64,000 bases of DNA from Hormiphora californensis (lineage: Eukaryota; Animalia; Ctenophora): assembly GCA_020137815.1 (NCBI GenBank), contig CM035357.1:3658001-3722000 (forward strand), in the 5' to 3' direction. Made by a program: the position numbers and the translations under genes. Within the stretch, counting starts at the first letter, position 1. Every line of letters begins with the position of its first letter. Below, piece after piece: positions 58,050 through 64,000 of this stretch. The notes below the pieces were generated by a model. The model was not told where the DNA came from. It saw only the letters and a list, made by a program, of their open reading frames with translations, and did not search any database.

Positions 58050-59613
58050 CTATCCCACTTGGATAACATTGTTACGGATAAAATAGCAGCCGTCTGGATC
58101 TTCTAGTCGTATCAGTTTCAAAGTGGACCTGAGAGCTTTTTGCTCCTTCAGTTCAGAGGGCGTTAGGCTATAAGCATACTGATCGTGATGATCATAATCA
58201 GTTAAAAAGATGAAGTGTGCTCATGGTTTTGATCATCATCATCTGCAAAAAACTGCAGTGTGCGGAACATTATGATCATCACGTAAGAGCTGGCCCTGGA
58301 GCCGTCTCTTAAGTTGGATGATGATCATCAACACCTAGTGTGCGCACGTTCTGATCTTATTCTTATGGAGGGCTGCACTGTAGTCATGTGATATGTACCA
58401 CGTGGTACGAATTCGCGCGCACTGAGAGGCTGTTGTACAGGTCACGTGATATGCGACAGCCTCTCAGAGCGCGCGACTCGCAAAGGGGGAGATAGCATCA
58501 TCATGCTGAGCACACTGGTCATGATGGTCATGATCAAAAGGCAAGTTCCAACAAGTTGAGCATGGTTGATGATGATCAAACCTGCGCACACTATGGTTTA
58601 TGATGATCAAACGTGAACACACTATGGTTTGAGAGCATCATGATGCATCAAGCCTCCATCATGATGATAACCATCAGTGTGTGCGCTTCTTTGATGGTAA
58701 CCATCAAAATCTCCGCACACTGACCTGATTATGATCATCACGATCAGTATGCTTATAGCCTAAGATCCGGAGATAGATAAACAGCCGAAAACTGTTTGGA
58801 GTCTTTGAGGTTTCGTGCTTTTTTGAGAAGCGCCAGGAGAGTCGCTCTCCTCTCCAGGGATACTAAGAGCGGTCTAGGACGTTTCTCATTTCTTTCCCCG
58901 ATGCGTTTCATCGTTGTCACTTTCGGTTTCTCTTGCAGTTCCTCAAAAAGTTCGTCTAAAGTAGTTTTAGCTACTCTATCGGTTGTTTCTTGGAGACCAA
59001 ACACAATCAGGTTCTTCTCTCTTCCGGGCTGTTGGACGGGAGTAGGGTGGTGCGACGTTAGTGGTTTTACCACTTTAGGGGAGGTTGCAGCACAATTCTG
59101 TGCAAGCACAGAAGAGTAGGCTTTCACCTTCTTCACCGAAGTTGACACTGCACTTAGTTGTTGCTTTTGGGCTTCAATAACCGTTTGCTGAAGCTCAATC
59201 ACGCTAAGACGGTGGCGATCAAGTTCTTCTTTGCATTCACGTAGTTGCTTCTCGAGTTTTTCTGCGCTGATAACATTTTCAAAATTGTTCATTGTTGCTC
59301 TGGCAAGTTTCATACTGGAGAGAAAAATACGCGAAGTAGCCTCAATGATTTCATTCGCAGTTAAGTCCTTGAGACAGTGACTGAAGTACGAACCCCAGTG
59401 ATTGCAAGGGGAAGCTACACTGTCGTTGGTTAACATTGAGTCGGGTGCAGCTTGGATCGATTTATAGCATTGAATAAACTGATCCGATGTGATACTCGTC
59501 GTGTTGGGATCATCAGCAGAGTTCAACCAGTAAACTTCAGAAACAAAGTCGTTTACTGTCTCTTCCAATCGTTTTATCGCAGGGTTATCGCCCTCGTACT
59601 TCGTTTCTGACAT
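58050..59613 (-). pseudogene. LINE (CR1/L2-type) ORF1-like gene (coiled coil, RRM, CTD) interrupted by a MITE; no ORF2
   Basis: Motifs REKNLIVFGLQE, RIG..RPRPLLV and VYLSPDL. Removing 58166-58760 plus 3 bp restores DLTPSELKEQKALRSTLKLIRLEDPDGCYFIRNNVIQVG*. Confidence 0.8.
58166..58760. mobile_element. PIF/Harbinger-like MITE rich in atgatcat motifs
   Basis: tta|ggctataagcatactgatcgtgatgatcataatcag ... ctgattatgatcatcacgatcagtatgcttatagcc|taa. A 3-bp TSD is supported by restoration of the host reading frame. Confidence 0.82.
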
Positions 59614-60286
59614 TATCAACGTTTCGTTTTTCTGCCCTTTGGGGCTGTTACATCGGATTCATCTTCCTGCTCAAATTAATTTGTTTAAAGTAGTGTTGAA
59701 AAGTTTGAAACATTACGAGGGGCTGTGGGCACCCCGTGCGGCTGGCTCCAGAAATTTTGTACAGAATCCTTGCCTGCTATGCACCACAGGTGGAGGACCT
59801 GATAGATTTGTAAGGCGCATAGTTCTTTTTCAGACGATTGGAGGTTTTTAACAGTCCAGTCGGACTTTTTAAAGTTAAAATTTCAAATTTGCGCTTCAGC
59901 TTCGCGCGACAGAAAACTTCTTTGTTGGCCCGTCGGGTGAAAAATCATTCGAATAAAATCAAATCGCGCGGCTCTTGTGGTTTAATGGCGCGGCTTATCA
60001 TTGCGCGTCACATTTTTGAATCAATATTTTTTGTTTTTTATCGAGTCTGAAATTGAATCCGAACCCGAACAAGAAAGCACAATCAAAGTTAAAAGGACTC
60101 AATTATGGTATTAAACTGAATGACGTGTAAACACAATACAAAATAAATCCGTTTTAAACATATTTTCTGAAAAAATTCACACAAGATAAGTGGCACTGGC
60201 AGTGGCAATTCCCTTAAACGAAAACAAACACTGTATGATACAGTACAGTCGGACCTAGTGGGGTCCCATCTATCAGTCTCTTCCCT

Positions 60287-63200
60287 TTAAGAGTCTACTT
60301 TAATCGTAAAGAGGAGGTCTTGGGCAGATACGCTTTCTCCTCCCGAAACCTGAAAACGAAAATTGGCAATTTAGTAATGAATTGGAAGTGGAAGGAAAAC
60401 AAATTCTTTGTTTTCCTTGTTTTCAATGTCTGAAACTAACTCTCTCCCACCACCGCGAGAAATCCCAAACCAACTGAATTGTACTGCGGGCGGAGTTGCC
60501 TCACATAAGTCAAGATCAATCAATCCTTGTTTACTAAACAGTTTAGTACACTCATCCCAGTATTCCTACCTCAACAGCCGTTACAGTTCCGCACACAGGA
60601 CTAGCAACCACCATTTCCATCTTCATCGCGGACAGCATACAGAGTGTGTCTCCAGTGGCAACCTTAGTACCCGGTACCACTCGTACCTCGAGCACACCGG
60701 CTGACATTGGTGCTCCGACCTGTGTAATTGGAGCCTTTTATAGGTTAGTTTCTTGGTAATTAACTAGTTAATTAGTTAATTAGTAATTAATAAGTTACGC
60801 GATACCTCAACTTAAACTAATTAAATGATAGGATTCCCATTAGGAAGTTTTGATCAGACCCGGCCAAGTGTACCTGGTTTTTCAGTTTGGGATCTGCTTT
60901 AGGCCGTGTTTTCACACTGCTTGCTGTGCTAGTATTCTTTACAGCTATTCGCTTTGGTTCTCCGTTTAATTCGAAGAAAATGTCTTGCTGGGCGGTGGCT
61001 TCGTCTACCTGTCAATTGGTCATGTGTTAGGGGGGCCGAGGGGGGGGGGTCTAATCTTTATCATGAGATAAGTAGATCTTTCTGGCAAGAAATGAAGATA
61101 ATGGGGGGGGGGGGGGGTGCAGCCCCAAAAAAAAACCAAACTTTTTCCGAAACCCAGGGTATGGTTGGTTTTTTTTTTGGTTTTTTTTGGTTGAAATTTC
61201 TTTGATTTTTTCTGGTCGTTTTTGATTTTTTTTTGGTCGGTTTTGATTTTTTTATCTTTTTGATCTTTTTTGATCGTTTTTGATTTTTTTGATCGTTTTT
61301 GAATTTTTTTGATCGTTTTTGATTTTTTTAAAATGTTTAAAAAAAAGCAAGCAAGCAAAGCAGGACGGCTAGGATAAATCCAGTGCCGGGGGTGCTGATA
61401 TCCCTTTCAATGGCGTTTCAGCCACGGGTCCTTCCGGTGCAGATTTCTCTGCAGCGTAGCCGGGCGCTTACCCCACAACATACGCACTCCGTGTTGCTTT
61501 CGGGTCTCTCAAGAGAGCCCCTACCAATCATAGCTTGGTGGACTAGACGACATGCGCTAGACCAGGATCGAACCCGCCACCCGGGACCTAGTGCGTGAGA
61601 GGCGAGTGTACTAGCCACTACACCACCCTGCCGACAATGTTTAATGTTGAACAAAAAAATAAAAAACGATCAAATAAAATAAAAAACGATCAAAAAAATT
61701 CAAAAAAAATAAAAAACGATCAAAAAAAATAAAAAAAGATCAAAAAAATTAAAAAAGATCAAAAAAAATTTAAAAAAATAAAAAAAGATCAAAAAAAAAT
61801 CAAAAACGACCAAAAAAAATCAACACTTTTGAAAATCCAGGGTATGGTTGGTTATTTTTTGGGCTGCACCCCCCCCCCAGATAATTTTATTTAACTTATT
61901 CCTGTCAGCTGTGACTACCCGCAAAGTTACCAGCCAGCAACACTAAAGTCATTGTACCTGCCCGATAGCAACTGGAGTGATGTAAAATCGTCGACCCTTA
62001 TCAACATTGTACACGTACTCTTTTCCAATTTCGACTGGTTTAAAGATCTGAAAATAGTTTTAATACGCCCTCTTCTCTCCTCCTAGTACAGTCGGACCCC
62101 GATTTAACGGCACCCTCGGGGGAAAGGATTTTGTCCAATGTCCGTTAAATCGGGGTGTCCGCTAAATCGGGGTCAAATAATGTTAATTTCCCATATCGGG
62201 GGAAGATTATGCTGCCGTTAAATCGGGGTGCCGCTAAATCGGGGGGCGTTAAATCGGGGTCCGACTGTATTATTATTATGGCCAGTGGTTGGGAGTTTAG
62301 CCTTCAATTTCGAATTTTAGAGGGGAAGAGGTTTTTGAGATTGCCTGTTTTCACTTTTTCGTGTAAAACAATTTGCCTCACACACTGTGTATGTCATGTT
62401 GTTATGGTGGTTATGTGGTGATGTATGGGTGAGTATAATATTACTGGTTATGGGTATAGGGTACACGAGATAACTACAGGTTACCGCAAGGCGAATATAA
62501 TATAACTAGCTCAATCGGGTATCCGAGGGAAAGGCAAGGAGGCTAGCTTGGCGGTGCAGGGGAGGCAGTGGTCTTCGTTCCGTTACAGGGAGGGTGACGT
62601 GTGGGGTAGTAACAAATCGGTCCTGTTTCCAGTTCTTCATCTCGGTTATATAATGCAGTGCCTTGTTTCCTCTGTCATAACGATAGACATAACAAAGATC
62701 GTAGTTAAACCTCTGATCGTTCTTGCTTGACGTAGGTGCTCCTCGCATTCATAACAAAGAAGGAAGGTAAATCATCTTATCGTCCTTGCTTGACGTCGGT
62801 ACTCCTCTAATTCATAACAAATAACAATCCACCAATATAATCGCAGTCGGGAATGATGTATCCCAAGAATGATGTAATCTCTCCACGATTTATTAGGTGG
62901 AATCATGATATAACAATGTCTCTGTGATCACGCGGCAAATTGAGACAAATTGTTTTGCCATGAGGTAATTCTCTGCTCCTGTGTGGCACAGGGAGAACAT
63001 CAGTCATGGAGCAGAGAATTACCTCATGGCTCCTGTAATGGCCTGTTTCACCTTGGGAATTGGGAATCATGGCAAATGTGTCGAACCTTTACAAGCAACA
63101 CCATACACCTACCATATCTGAGTCTACCTACCATATCGGAGTCTAGAGTCTACCTACCATATCTGAGTCTACCTACCATATCTGAGTCTACCTACCATAT

Positions 63201-64000
63201 CTGAGTCTAGAGTCTACCTACCATATCAGAGTCTACCTACCATATCAGAGTCTACCTACCAAATCTGAGTCTACCTACCATATCTGAGTCTAGAGTCTAC
63301 CTACCATATCTGAGTCTACCTACCATATCTGAGTCTACCTACCATATCTGAGTCTAGAGTCTACCTACCATATCAGAGTCTACCTACCATATCAGAGTCT
63401 ACCTACCATATCTGAGTCTACCTACCATATCTGAGTCTAGAGTCTACCTACCATATCTGAGTCTACCTACCATATCTGAGTCTAGAGTCTACCTACCATA
63501 TCAGAGTCTACCTACCATATCTGAGTCTACCTACCATATCAGAGTCTACCTACCATATCAGAGTCTACCTACCATATCTGAGTCTAGAGTCTACCTACCA
63601 TATCGGAGTCTAGAGTCTACCTACCATATCTGAGTTTAGTTTGCTGACATCTCCGTATGTGTTACGATGGGTAGCATACTCCTCAAAGACAGCTGGGTAC
63701 ATTGCGTAACTCATCACATCCCTATCATCCACCCAGGACCTGCATGAAGTGGAAAGGAGGGGTGATTGGGAACCAGATATAGGGATTGAAAGAGGGTGAA
63801 AGTCACTGAAAGAGGGGACTCAGGATCTATGATAGTGGGATGAAGAGAGGTGAAGCTAGCTGGACTAGAATAGTGGTTTGGAATGTACCAAACACCCTTA
63901 TTCTACCGACAGGTAAATCCCATTATCATAATCCCATTACCCGTATTTGCTGGTGAGATCCGTTTTGATTGCCTGCAGATCCATTGGTTCCAAAGTGGCT
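60287..64000 (-). CDS. PC: Pyruvate carboxylase, 3' exons (>64000-63941, 63739-63625, 62047-61958, 61008-60874, 60719-60570, 60349-60287)
   Basis: DRDVMSYAMYPAVF, IFFELNGEPK..RPKADP, VGAPMS and the biotinylation motif LSAMKMEM; junctions are in phase. Confidence 0.93.
61103..61878. mobile_element. Foldback element with G-rich TIRs and T-rich/A-rich periodic arms
   Basis: (g)n-tgcagcccc-aaaa ... tttt-gggctgca-(c)n, with agataat on both flanks. Confidence 0.7.
61341..61635 (-). mobile_element. tRNA-derived SINE
   Basis: A box ggtggtgtagtgg, B box gggttcgatcc, (gctt)n/T tail, and 9-bp TSD aatgtttaa (61332, 61636). Confidence 0.85.
62089..62267. mobile_element. Short Tc1/pogo-like MITE, same family as 31435 and 40925
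   Basis: Same TIRs with TA flanks. Confidence 0.88.
63107..63634. repeat. Tandem array of 19- and 26-bp units (gagtctacctaccatatct) in a PC intron
   Basis: Directly visible; overlaps the exon end at 63625. Confidence 0.95.

Noticed and set aside
61555-61635. tRNA-Val gene
   Set aside because: No proper acceptor stem; it continues into a body, tail and TSD, so it is a SINE head.

Overview
Animal genomic DNA with small GT-AG introns and dense repeats. A ctenophore source is my inference from the LDLa-only and orphan GPCR types and the nested genes; I could not verify it. Six host genes all lie on the minus strand: the pyruvate carboxylase 3' end, a CatSper3-like channel, an unidentified helical protein, TUBGCP6 (about 35 kb), a LEM domain fused to an apparently dead NanA/DHDPS-like barrel, and the PINX1 5' end. 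One 17.5-kb TUBGCP6 intron (6518-24009) holds an intact-looking autonomous Helitron and an antisense LDLa-7TM receptor; a second intron holds a single-exon GPCR. The most notable observations are: (1) the Helitron Rep/Hel protein carries a second, diverged Pif1 2B (SH3-like) domain inserted in-frame in its N-terminal region, and its CTAG end is joined head-to-tail to another Helitron 5' end; (2) the LEM plus pseudo-aldolase fusion; (3) a CatSper3 pore reading TAEGW; (4) an ORF1-only LINE-like element in a cluster of nested insertions; (5) co-oriented genes with splice acceptors just before their ATGs, suggesting operon-like trans-splicing. Many non-autonomous DNA elements could be delimited by TIR and TSD. 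All homology calls come from manual translation and recalled family motifs; no database searches were run.
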